From Abditibacteriaceae bacterium (GTDB lineage Bacteria; Armatimonadota; Abditibacteriia; Abditibacteriales; Abditibacteriaceae), in the NCBI GenBank assembly GCA_031372065.1, contig JANMKN010000008.1, positions 1-64,000 of the forward strand: a stretch of DNA of 64,000 nt, given 5' to 3'. Within the stretch, counting starts at the first letter, position 1. Every line of letters begins with the position of its first letter. The notes under the pieces were generated by a model that was not told the origin of the DNA, ran no database searches, and saw nothing but the letters and a program-made list of their open reading frames with translations. The position numbers and the translations under genes were made by a program. Below, one piece after another: positions 1 through 8,968 of this stretch.

Positions 1-1
1 C

Positions 2-757
2 TTTTCGCGCGATGCAACTACCGCCGCCGCCGGCAAGCTGCTCGGCCTGTGTGTCGGCGTCAGCCAATATCAGGATGCGCGTTTAAATCTCAAATTCGCC
101 GACGCCGACGCCAACGCGCTTTCGCAATCGCTCGGCGCGCAACGCGGCATTTACAGCGAAACTAAAATCAGTGCGCTGACCAACGAAAAAGCTACCGCAA
201 GCACCATAAAAAGCCAATTAGATGCGCTCATTCAAACCAGCACGCGTGCCGACACGGTATTTCTCTCGCTTTCGGGCCACGGCTGGCGCGATGACGAGCG
301 CAATTTTTACTTCGCGACCGCCGAAGTCAATCGCAACGATGTAGCTCATTCGGCGCTTTCGTGGCGTGAGATTACCGACCGTTTGACGCAGCTTTCACAG
401 CATAGTAAGCGTGTGATTGTGTTGCTCGATGCGTGTCATTCGGGCAGCGCGGCGACGAACGAAGAGTTGGTCAAAGCGATTTTATCGGCCAATGCCGGAG
501 TGCTGGTTTTCGCGAGCAGTCGCGGCGGCGAAGTGTCGCTCGAAAACGCCGACTGGAAGCACGGCGCGTTCACCAAAGCGCTCATCGAAGCGATGGAAGG
601 CAAAGCAGCGCCGCAAGGAGAAACGAAGATTACGATGATAGATTTCATCGCCTACGTTTCGCGTCGCGTCAAAGCGCTGACCGAAGACCAACAGCATCCG
701 CAAGTGCCGTTCTTGCAGGACTTCGATACAGATGCGGCCATTGTGGCCCGACCTTAA
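2..757 (+). CDS. Caspase-like (peptidase C14/metacaspase) domain protein, 5'-truncated by window edge
   Basis: Frame of ORF 383..757 is open back to position 2: LLGLCVGVSQY...LKFADADA...FLSLSGHG (catalytic His)...VIVLLDACHSG (catalytic Cys)...HGAFTKALIEAM...QHP. Confidence 0.9.
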   Translation, partial: FSRDATTAAAGKLLGLCVGVSQYQDARLNLKFADADANALSQSLGAQRGIYSETKISALTNEKATASTIKSQLDALIQTSTRADTVFLSLSGHGWRDDERNFYFATAEVNRNDVAHSALSWREITDRLTQLSQHSKRVIVLLDACHSGSAATNEELVKAILSANAGVLVFASSRGGEVSLENADWKHGAFTKALIEAMEGKAAPQGETKITMIDFIAYVSRRVKALTEDQQHPQVPFLQDFDTDAAIVARP

Positions 758-810
758 CTCGTTTGATTTATGATGTGTATTGAATGTTGAATCAAACTCG
801 CAGGATTGCC

Positions 811-3642
811 ATGAAAACCATCAAAATCATTTGCGCCCTGAGCCTTTTGCTTTGCGCATCGCATCTTCACGCTGCCGAACAGGTTCCGGTGCCGGCTAAT
901 GAAACCTCCAAAGAAACCGCTATTTCGTTGTTGCAGCAGGTGTTTGCGGCTTATCAAGCGAGGCAACCATTGAAAGCAGTGCAACTACTGGGGCAGGCGC
1001 AGAACTTGGCACGCGAGCAGAACGATAAGCCAAGCGAGGCGTTGATATTGTTCCTCTACGGAGGACTTTACGAAAAGATGGGCTTGAGTGACCAAACCAA
1101 GGAGAGCGAAGCGCAAGCCCGCGTTTTGCTGACGCAAGTTAATAACCCCTCAACCAGTGCCATAATATTTACTATGATAGGTCGGGTCTATCACCAAGTG
1201 GGCCAACTACAGCGAGCAACTCAGCTTTACGAGGAAGCCATCACCCTTAGCCATGCAGCAGGAGATAAAGCCGTTGAGGGCTTTGCCTTAGTCAATCTCG
1301 GTCATGCAGAACAAATATCGGGGCAATTGCCACAATCGTTGCAACATTTGTTGCAAGCCACCAGACTTTTACACGATGTCAGTGATGTGGCGGGCGAAGC
1401 CCAAGGTCTATTATTCTTGGCTTTTCTACAAGAGAATCTTGGTGATAGAAAGAAGATGCGGGACTTAATGCAGCAATCACTCGCTCTGCTACAACGGCCC
1501 CGTGTGGAGCAAAAGAAACAAATAAACACCTTATTCGACATCGCACGCCAGTGTTTATTCGACCCCAAAATCATCGAAGCTGATGACCTGATTGCATTGG
1601 ATGCTTTGGATGATAGGCCCTTGAGTGAGCGAATCTTACTTTTGGAACGGGCGTTGCTATTGGTGCGGGATGCTAAAAACCAAGCCAAGGAATCTACGGT
1701 CTTAGAATGTTTTGCCGATTGCTACCGTGATAGCGGCCAGCGCCAGAAGTCAAACGAAATGGCCGCGCAGTCGCTAACACTTGCTTTAGAAACGGGTCAT
1801 AAGGGCACGGCTATAGGTGCGCTGCGCATACTGGCTTGGAATGCCGAAGAAAGTCAGCATTTGACCGAATCCATGAAATATAAAAAACAAGCTCTCCAAA
1901 TGTGTCAGGAGTTAGGAAATCTTGACAACGAAGCTTGGTCATGGGGTGATATCGCTACCACGGCAGAAGACGCAGGGCTGTTGGATGAGGCCAAACAAGC
2001 GCGTCTGGCCCAACTGACTATTTTTGAGCGCCAACGCGAACATTTAGGAGGCTCAGATGCCGCAAAAGCCAACTATTTAGAAGACAAATTGCGTGCCTAT
2101 CGTTCGTTCATCAGTTTGCTATTGAAGCGCGGCGAAGTGGCAGAAGCCTTAGCTTGGACCGAAAAATCAAAGGCGCGTGCGTTGCTGGATTTGATGCAAA
2201 ACGGCAAAGTGGACATTAGTGCCAGCGCCACAGATGAGGAAAAGCAACGCCAAGGGGTTCTAATTGAGCGATGCAACTCGCTTACCCAACAAATGATTGG
2301 TGAAGGCACTGCGACAACTCCTAACCAAGAAAAAATCAAATCACTCAAAATAAAGCTGACTCAAGCCGAAAGCGAGTTGCAAGCCTATAACCAGACTCTC
2401 TATGCCGCGCACCCTGACCGGGCCACCCGCCGAGCCGCTCAAACTGTGAATCTCGACGGTATTCGTCAATTCCTTCCCCCCGACACAGCGATCCTTAGCT
2501 ATGTCATTTTGCCTGCCCCGGAACGGCTTGTGCTGTTCTGCGTGACGCTCGTAGAAGGCCAACCTAAAGTTCAGACTTACGATTTGGCTCAGAATATGGA
2601 GGCCTTGGCCGAAACGTTAGATGATTTTCGTGATGCGTGCTCCCATGCCGAAGGCAAATATCGCTTCAAAGCCCAGTCACTATATACGCAGCTTATCGCG
2701 CCTGCCAATCATCTATTAGAAGGTAAAACGCGACTGATAATTTGTCCGGATGGGCCACTGTGGGACACTCCGTTCGGCGCGTTACGCAACGGCGACAAAT
2801 TCTTGGCGGAGTCTTACGAATTGGATTTTTCTTACAGTGCCACGGCGCTGCAATCGGCTGTGGCGGCCAACAAGGGCACGCCGAACCCACTGAATCAATC
2901 TCTTTTAGTTTTTGCCAACCCCGATTTCGGTGGCGCCGAACGCTTTAGAGGAGTGGGGGCGGCGCAATCACGGCCCTTGACGGCGGATTCGCGGCCCCTC
3001 ACTGCCGACTCGCGGCCCCTCATAGCTGATGCCCGCGCCTTGACCGCCGACTCGCGCGACATTTTCACGCGCGAGGGCGGGATTTTACCACTGCCCGGCA
3101 CGCAGCGCGAAGCGGACGCTCTGAAAGAAACTTATCCCGACGCCGAAATTGATACAGGTAAAGCGGCGCAGGAAGTGATAGCCAAAGCACAATCGGGTAA
3201 TTATCGTTATCTACATTTTGCCACGCATGGCTTATTTAGTTCTACCAATCCTATGTTGTCCAGCGTGGTTTTAGCCGAGCCACCCACAGGTTCAAATGAA
3301 GATGGTCTTCTCACAGCACGTGAGATTTTCGATTTGAAACTACACGCCGATTTGGTGGTGCTCTCGGCCTGCAACACAGGGCGCGGCGAAAAAAAGAGCG
3401 GCGAGGGCGTTATCGGGCTGACCTGGGCACTTTTCGTGGCAGGCACGCCGTCACAGGTGGTCAGTCAGTGGGCGGTGAACGACAGCAGCACGGCCAAGTT
3501 AATGAGCGCACTCTACGCCAATCTCAAAGGAGGCAAAGCCAAAGGCGTGGCTCTGCGCGAAGCCGAATTACTGTTGATGAAAGAAAAACCTCATCCCTAC
3601 TTCTGGGCACCCTTTGTCTTAATGGGTGATTGGCGCAATTGA
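811..3642 (+). CDS. TPR-repeat + CHAT domain protease, probable N-terminal signal peptide
   Basis: MKTIKIICALSLLLCASHLHA signal-like start; helical TPR-like repeats; EKSKARALLD; LIICPDGPLW; HFATHG and VVLSACNTG catalytic motifs; SQWAVND; HPYFWAPF. Alternative start at 784. Confidence 0.9.
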   Translation: MKTIKIICALSLLLCASHLHAAEQVPVPANETSKETAISLLQQVFAAYQARQPLKAVQLLGQAQNLAREQNDKPSEALILFLYGGLYEKMGLSDQTKESEAQARVLLTQVNNPSTSAIIFTMIGRVYHQVGQLQRATQLYEEAITLSHAAGDKAVEGFALVNLGHAEQISGQLPQSLQHLLQATRLLHDVSDVAGEAQGLLFLAFLQENLGDRKKMRDLMQQSLALLQRPRVEQKKQINTLFDIARQCLFDPKIIEADDLIALDALDDRPLSERILLLERALLLVRDAKNQAKESTVLECFADCYRDSGQRQKSNEMAAQSLTLALETGHKGTAIGALRILAWNAEESQHLTESMKYKKQALQMCQELGNLDNEAWSWGDIATTAEDAGLLDEAKQARLAQLTIFERQREHLGGSDAAKANYLEDKLRAYRSFISLLLKRGEVAEALAWTEKSKARALLDLMQNGKVDISASATDEEKQRQGVLIERCNSLTQQMIGEGTATTPNQEKIKSLKIKLTQAESELQAYNQTLYAAHPDRATRRAAQTVNLDGIRQFLPPDTAILSYVILPAPERLVLFCVTLVEGQPKVQTYDLAQNMEALAETLDDFRDACSHAEGKYRFKAQSLYTQLIAPANHLLEGKTRLIICPDGPLWDTPFGALRNGDKFLAESYELDFSYSATALQSAVAANKGTPNPLNQSLLVFANPDFGGAERFRGVGAAQSRPLTADSRPLTADSRPLIADARALTADSRDIFTREGGILPLPGTQREADALKETYPDAEIDTGKAAQEVIAKAQSGNYRYLHFATHGLFSSTNPMLSSVVLAEPPTGSNEDGLLTAREIFDLKLHADLVVLSACNTGRGEKKSGEGVIGLTWALFVAGTPSQVVSQWAVNDSSTAKLMSALYANLKGGKAKGVALREAELLLMKEKPHPYFWAPFVLMGDWRN
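2968..3057 (+). repeat. In-frame 21-nt (7-aa) tandem repeat SRPLTAD x4 inside the CHAT domain
   Basis: SRPLTAD-SRPLTAD-SRPLIAD-ARALTAD-SR, with synonymously diverged codons. Confidence 0.9.
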
Positions 3643-3693
3643 AGAGCGACATTCCCTTTGCCATTGCCTGACTTTCTGTTGAACTTGCAGGCA

Positions 3694-6291
3694 ATGGCTG
3701 AGGCGACTCCCACCGGCACCGTGACGCTGGTTTTTACTGACCTCGAAAATTCATCGGAGCTTTCCGAAAAGCATGGTGCGGCCTTTGAAGCGGCGCGCAT
3801 GGCGCATTTTGGCGTGTTGCGCGAAGCGGCAATGGGGTATAGCGGTTACGAAGTCGAAACAGCGGGCGACGCGCTGTTTCTTGTCTTCCAAAATGCGGTA
3901 GAGGCCGTGCAATTTGCGGTGCAAGCGCAAATTGCAATGGCGGCTTACGCATGGCCGGAAATGTTCGGTGAATTGCGCGTGCGGATCGGAATGCATACCG
4001 GCGAGCCATTCATTGGCGAAGATAATGGACATCCTACCTTTCGCGGCCCAGTCACCAACAAAGCCTTTCGTGTGCAATCGGCAGGGCATGGCGGGCAAAG
4101 TTTGGTTTCGCAAGCTACGCGCGAAGCAGCACAACACGGATTGCCGCCGGATATCTCGTTTCTCGATTGCGGACTGCATCGCTTAAAAGGCGTAGGAGAA
4201 GAGCATTTATGGCAAATCGCGCACGCCGCCTTGCGCCGCGATTTCCCGCCGCTCAATACGCTCAATCCGCAGCGTCATAATTTGCCGCAACCAGCGCTGC
4301 CACTCATCGGGCGCGAAAGTGAAATCACCGTCTGGCGCGAAACTTTATTGAACGACCACACGCGTCTTTTAACGCTGACCGGATTTGGCGGCCTCGGCAA
4401 AACGCGCTCGGCTTTGCAATTGGCCGAACTGTGCGTTGGCGATTTTTCCGAAGGCGTGTGGTGGGTTGAACTCGAAGAAACTCGCTCTGCCGAAGCGATG
4501 CTTTCACGCATCGCGCTGCTGCTACGCTTGCAGCCGCAACCGAACCTTCCCATTAAAGACCAACTGTGGAATTATCTACACGAGCGCCACTTGCTTTTGG
4601 TGCTGGATAACACCGAACAAAACCCCGATGCGCCGCAAGTTATCAGCGACTTATTAAAAGCGACCACGCACGTCAAGTGTTTGGTGACCACACGGCGCGC
4701 TTTGGAACTACGCGCCGAAGTGTTGCGCGAAGTGCCGCCTTTGCCTCTCGACGATGCGGAGCACTTGTTTGAAAACTTCGCGCGAACGCGCCGCGACGAA
4801 TTTCGCATTGATGACGACAACCGCGACGATGTGCGCGAAATTTGCGGCCAACTCGAAGGTGTGCCATTGGCGTTGGAGTTAGCTGCCTCACGCATTGCGG
4901 GCCTCAGTCCGCGCGATATTTTGCGACATCTGGGTCAGCGTTTCAAAGTGCTCCAAACGCGCTCGCCCGATTTGCCGCCGCGCCAGCGTGCCTTGCACGG
5001 CGCGATTGATTGGTCGTTCGATTTATTGGATGACGACAGCAAAAATCTCTTCGCGCAATTGGCGGTTTTTCGGCGCGGTTTCACTCTCGCCGATGCCGAA
5101 GCAATTTGCGAAACTTTCGATGTTTTCGAGGGCGTGCAAGAACTGCGCAATCAATCGCTGTTGCGCACCGGAACCGATGCCGTGACGGGTGCAACTCGTT
5201 TTTCGATGCTGGAATCGGTGCGCGAATATGCCGCCGAAAAATTGGCTGCCTTGCCCCGATCAGAAGTCACTCATCAACGACACGCCGCCTATTTTTTGCG
5301 CTTCGCCGAAGCGCAAATCGCGCATTTGCGCACATCTGAAGAACCGCGTGCCTTGCGCCGTTTGCAATCACATCTCGATAACGTGCGCGCCGCCAATCGC
5401 TGGGCGCGCGAAGCGAACGAAATTGCAATGGCGGCGCGCTTGTCGCTGGCACTTGGCATCTTTTTTCAGCGCAGCGGTTTGCTCAATGAAGCAGTGCGTG
5501 CTATCGAAATCGGCCTGCAAATCGCAGCATCCTTGGAAGGCGAACAAACGGCATTACTTTCGCAGTTATGGCGCGAGCGCGCCGGTTTACATCTTGATAA
5601 AGGCGAACCTCAAGAAGCGATTCGTTGCGCGGGAGAATCGCTGCGTCTTGAGGCCGCAACTGGTGATAGAAAAGGCCTGGCCGAGGCACATAATTTACAA
5701 GGTCTGGCTATCAAACGCCTTAAAGATTTCGCGCTGGCGAGGGTGACATTCACTTTGGCCCTGCAATTGTTTCACGAGGTTGACAACGAAATCGGCATGG
5801 CTATTGTGCAAACTAATTTAGGCGCGATTGAATGCGACGACCCACTTGGAGATCGTAATACCGGCGCGCAGTGTTTGAACGCGGCGCTGGAACTGCGCCG
5901 CAAACAGGGCGATGGACGCGGAGTCGCCGAAGTGCTGAACAATTTAGGAGTGTTAGCTCATGAAGACAAGCGTTGGAACGACGCGGAGCGATTTTATCTT
6001 GAAGCATTATCGTTTGAAAAGCAGTTGCAAAATGCAGTGGGCGTGGCGCGCGTGTTGATCAATCTCAGCGAAATCGCCGAAATTCATGAAAAGCGGCGCC
6101 GCGCGCTGCGTTGTGCCGTGGCATCGGCCTATCTTTTTGAAGACGCCGGTTCTCCCTGGCAGAACTACGCATTGGATTTTGTCGAACGTTTATCCGCACA
6201 CGATAACAGTTCGCCCGAAGACAAGACAACTCGCTTAGAAAATAAGCCTTTGAATGACATCGTCACTTGGGCATTGGAAAAACAGCCTTGA
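3694..6291 (+). CDS. Class III nucleotide cyclase + STAND (NB-ARC-like) ATPase + TPR protein
   Basis: VFTDLENS and ETAGDA (metal Asp residues), RVRIGMHTGE, TNKAFR; Walker A TGFGGLGKT; Walker B LLLVLDN; LEGVPLALELAA; C-terminal TPRs (LNNLGVLA). Alternative TTG start at 3658. Confidence 0.9.
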   Translation: MAEATPTGTVTLVFTDLENSSELSEKHGAAFEAARMAHFGVLREAAMGYSGYEVETAGDALFLVFQNAVEAVQFAVQAQIAMAAYAWPEMFGELRVRIGMHTGEPFIGEDNGHPTFRGPVTNKAFRVQSAGHGGQSLVSQATREAAQHGLPPDISFLDCGLHRLKGVGEEHLWQIAHAALRRDFPPLNTLNPQRHNLPQPALPLIGRESEITVWRETLLNDHTRLLTLTGFGGLGKTRSALQLAELCVGDFSEGVWWVELEETRSAEAMLSRIALLLRLQPQPNLPIKDQLWNYLHERHLLLVLDNTEQNPDAPQVISDLLKATTHVKCLVTTRRALELRAEVLREVPPLPLDDAEHLFENFARTRRDEFRIDDDNRDDVREICGQLEGVPLALELAASRIAGLSPRDILRHLGQRFKVLQTRSPDLPPRQRALHGAIDWSFDLLDDDSKNLFAQLAVFRRGFTLADAEAICETFDVFEGVQELRNQSLLRTGTDAVTGATRFSMLESVREYAAEKLAALPRSEVTHQRHAAYFLRFAEAQIAHLRTSEEPRALRRLQSHLDNVRAANRWAREANEIAMAARLSLALGIFFQRSGLLNEAVRAIEIGLQIAASLEGEQTALLSQLWRERAGLHLDKGEPQEAIRCAGESLRLEAATGDRKGLAEAHNLQGLAIKRLKDFALARVTFTLALQLFHEVDNEIGMAIVQTNLGAIECDDPLGDRNTGAQCLNAALELRRKQGDGRGVAEVLNNLGVLAHEDKRWNDAERFYLEALSFEKQLQNAVGVARVLINLSEIAEIHEKRRRALRCAVASAYLFEDAGSPWQNYALDFVERLSAHDNSSPEDKTTRLENKPLNDIVTWALEKQP

Positions 6292-6301
6292 AAGGAACAT
6301 C

Positions 6302-7702
6302 ATGCCGGGTTGGGACAAATTGAAAACGCTGGTCGGTTACGAGTTCACGCAATCGCGCGAAGAAGGGCGCGATTTGCGCGATGAAGACGCCTTGCGCGAC
6401 GAATTTAAGGCCGCAGGCGATGACGAAAGCAAACTTTTGGCCTTGTGGGACAAGCTGCTGGCCTTGCCGCTACGCGCTGACTTTGCCTTCGATGAGCCAA
6501 GCGATTTGGCAACCATAAAATCGCTGCGGCCAACAGCCAAGCGCCGTTTTGCAATCAACAACGATCCCAAAGTGCTGTTCGACAAAATGTATGGCGCGTG
6601 GCTGGGACGCTGCGCCGGTTGCGCTTTGGGCAAGCCTGTCGAAGGTTTTATGAGCGCGCATAATGGCTTGTCCAGCAAAGAGCGCATCAAAAATTATTTG
6701 ACGGCCATTGATGCGAGCGAATATCCTCTGCGCGATTACTTTCCGCAAACTTCGCCCGCGCAAGAGCAAACCGGCAAACTCTGGTGTCCGCTTTCGACAC
6801 GCGAGAAAATCGCCTTTATGGAAAGCGACGACGACATTCGCTACACCGTTGTCGGACAATTGGTGATGCGCCAAAAAGGGCCGGATTTTACAACGGGCGA
6901 CGTGGCAAACGCGTGGCTCAATCATCTGCCCTATAAGATGGTTTGCACCGCCGAAACGCAAGCCTATCGCAATCTGGTCAATCGCTACGAATGGCACATG
7001 GCTCATCAGGGGGGCGCTGAGGCAAACATTGATTGGAACTGGGTGGCGACAAATCAAAACCCGTATCGCGAATGGATTGGCGCGCAAATTCGCGCCGATA
7101 GTTGGGGCTACGCCGCACCGGAAAATCCTGAATTGGCCGCCGATTTCGCGTGGCGCGATGCGCGTTTATCGCACGTTAAAAACGGTATCTACGGCGAAAT
7201 GTTTTGCGCCGCGATGATCGCCGCCGCATTTGCTTTAGACGAGCCAAAATCCATTATCGCAGCGGGCCTAAACGAGATTCCGCAAACCTCGCGCTTGTAT
7301 CAAGAAATGCAGAAAGTGATGGCGATTTGCGAAAAGCATAACAACGATTTCGCGAACTTTGAAATGGTTTTGGATGAGATTTACGATTTGCTCGGCCATT
7401 ATCATGCTGTCCACACCAACAATAATGCGGGCCTTGTTGTGGCGGCCTTGCTTTTGGGTAGTCACGATTTGGAAAAAGTCATAACTTTAGCCGTGATGGG
7501 CGGCTGGGACAGCGATTGCAACGGCGCCACGGCTGGTTCTATCGCGGGGGCGATGATCGGCGCAAATAACTTGCCGGAGAACTGGATTGCACCTCTTAAC
7601 GACACGTTGAACTCGGAGATTATCGGCTATCATCCGATTGCCATCAGCGAATGCGCGCGGCGCAGTGTCGAAATCGCCAAAATCGTGGCAGTGCGTAGTT
7701 GA
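6302..7702 (+). CDS. ADP-ribosylglycohydrolase family protein
   Basis: GAWLGRCAGCALGKPVEG, SDDDIRYT, WIGAQIRAD, SHVKNGIYG, GGWDSDCNGATAGSIAG; AAGGAA RBS before ATG 6302. Confidence 0.88.
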   Translation: MPGWDKLKTLVGYEFTQSREEGRDLRDEDALRDEFKAAGDDESKLLALWDKLLALPLRADFAFDEPSDLATIKSLRPTAKRRFAINNDPKVLFDKMYGAWLGRCAGCALGKPVEGFMSAHNGLSSKERIKNYLTAIDASEYPLRDYFPQTSPAQEQTGKLWCPLSTREKIAFMESDDDIRYTVVGQLVMRQKGPDFTTGDVANAWLNHLPYKMVCTAETQAYRNLVNRYEWHMAHQGGAEANIDWNWVATNQNPYREWIGAQIRADSWGYAAPENPELAADFAWRDARLSHVKNGIYGEMFCAAMIAAAFALDEPKSIIAAGLNEIPQTSRLYQEMQKVMAICEKHNNDFANFEMVLDEIYDLLGHYHAVHTNNNAGLVVAALLLGSHDLEKVITLAVMGGWDSDCNGATAGSIAGAMIGANNLPENWIAPLNDTLNSEIIGYHPIAISECARRSVEIAKIVAVRS

Positions 7703-7721
7703 CTTTGTATGGATAGTCGCC

Positions 7722-8267
7722 ATGACCGAATTTCCTCTCTCGCCCGACGAATTAACACAACACCAAACAATTTATTCCACGCCCCATCTGCCGCCATTTA
7801 ACGCCGATTGGGTGGCGCCACGCCTCATGGCGGGCCGCAATCCGCTTTCGGCGCCAGATGTGGCGTGGATGAAAAAGCAGGGCATCACGCACATTCTCGA
7901 CTTGCGCGAAGCCCGCGAATGGAAGCCGCCAAAATTCGGTCATCTGGCCTTGCAAGCCATCGAAAAAAGCGGCCTTGTGCGCTTGCATTTGGAAGTGCTG
8001 GATATGAACGCGCCAAAGCCCGCAACCTTCGATGCGGCCTGCCAGTTTATCGAAGCAGCACTTTCACAACCGGACGCAAACGTTTATGTGCATTGCCGCG
8101 CCGGAATGGAACGCACAGCGGCAATTTTGATCGCTTACTACGCCAAAACGCATGGTGTTTCTTACGACGAAGCCTTGCGCGAACTCCAAAAAAACCGTCC
8201 GATTTTAGCGCCACTGCCCGCGCAGGAAAAAGCCGCGCGAAGTTGGATAGAAAAGCATTACGCCTAA
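7722..8267 (+). CDS. Dual-specificity / tyrosine protein phosphatase
   Basis: CX5R signature VYVHCRAGMERT; GITHILDLR. Confidence 0.9.
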   Translation: MTEFPLSPDELTQHQTIYSTPHLPPFNADWVAPRLMAGRNPLSAPDVAWMKKQGITHILDLREAREWKPPKFGHLALQAIEKSGLVRLHLEVLDMNAPKPATFDAACQFIEAALSQPDANVYVHCRAGMERTAAILIAYYAKTHGVSYDEALRELQKNRPILAPLPAQEKAARSWIEKHYA

Positions 8268-8292
8268 GCCAACTTGTTGCTTATGACTCTCC

Positions 8293-8410
8293 CCCATCGC
8301 TAAAGCAATGGGCTGAACTTCAAAAGCCTCGTAAACGAGGCTAAAGATAGCAAGTCCAGCCTCGTTCACGAGGCTTTTGGTTCCTTTTAGCCCACTCGTT
8401 TACGGGTGGG
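8293..8410. repeat. Nested palindromic REP/REPIN-like element (four hairpins)
   Basis: Inner pair AAAAGCCTCGTAAACGAGGCT and AGCCTCGTTCACGAGGCTTTT; outer pair CCCATCGCTAAAGCAATGGGCTGAA and TTTAGCCCACTCGTTTACGGGTGGG are diverged inverted copies. Confidence 0.7.
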
Positions 8411-8495
8411 ACTATAAGGAGCAATTTGGCTTATACCCAAGCTGAATCTTGGCGTTTCGCGCCTTGTGGAGCGGCACAATGCTCTAAGCAAAACG

Positions 8496-8966
8496 ATGGA
8501 AAAGAAAATTACATTCACAATTAATGGCGCGGCGCAAAGCATGACAACTGACGGTGAGCGGCCTTTATTGGACGTTTTACGTGAGGAATTACACCTCACT
8601 GGCACCAAATATGGCTGCGGCGAAGGCCGTTGCGGAGCCTGCACAGTTTTGATGGACGGCAAGCGCCTATTTTCGTGTCTGACTAATGTCGAGGAAGTCG
8701 AAGGCCGCAGCATTCGCACGATTGAAGGCTTGGCAAACGGCGAAAAATTGCATCCTGTGCAGCAGGCGTTTTTAGAGGAAGGCGGCTTTCAATGCGGCTA
8801 TTGCACGCCGGGCATGATTCTAAACGCCGTCGCGCTTTTGGAAACGAAACCTAACGCCAGCGAAGCCGAAATCGCCGCGTGGATGAACCGCAATTTGTGC
8901 CGCTGTTGTGGCTACATTAAAATTTTAGACGCTGTGCAACACGCGCAGAAATTAAGCAAAGCATAA
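8496..8966 (+). CDS. [2Fe-2S]-binding small subunit of molybdo-oxidoreductase (CoxS/IorA type)
   Basis: GTKYGCGEGRCGACTV, FQCGYCTPG, NLCRCCGY. Confidence 0.95.
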   Translation: MEKKITFTINGAAQSMTTDGERPLLDVLREELHLTGTKYGCGEGRCGACTVLMDGKRLFSCLTNVEEVEGRSIRTIEGLANGEKLHPVQQAFLEEGGFQCGYCTPGMILNAVALLETKPNASEAEIAAWMNRNLCRCCGYIKILDAVQHAQKLSKA

Positions 8967-8968
8967 TT

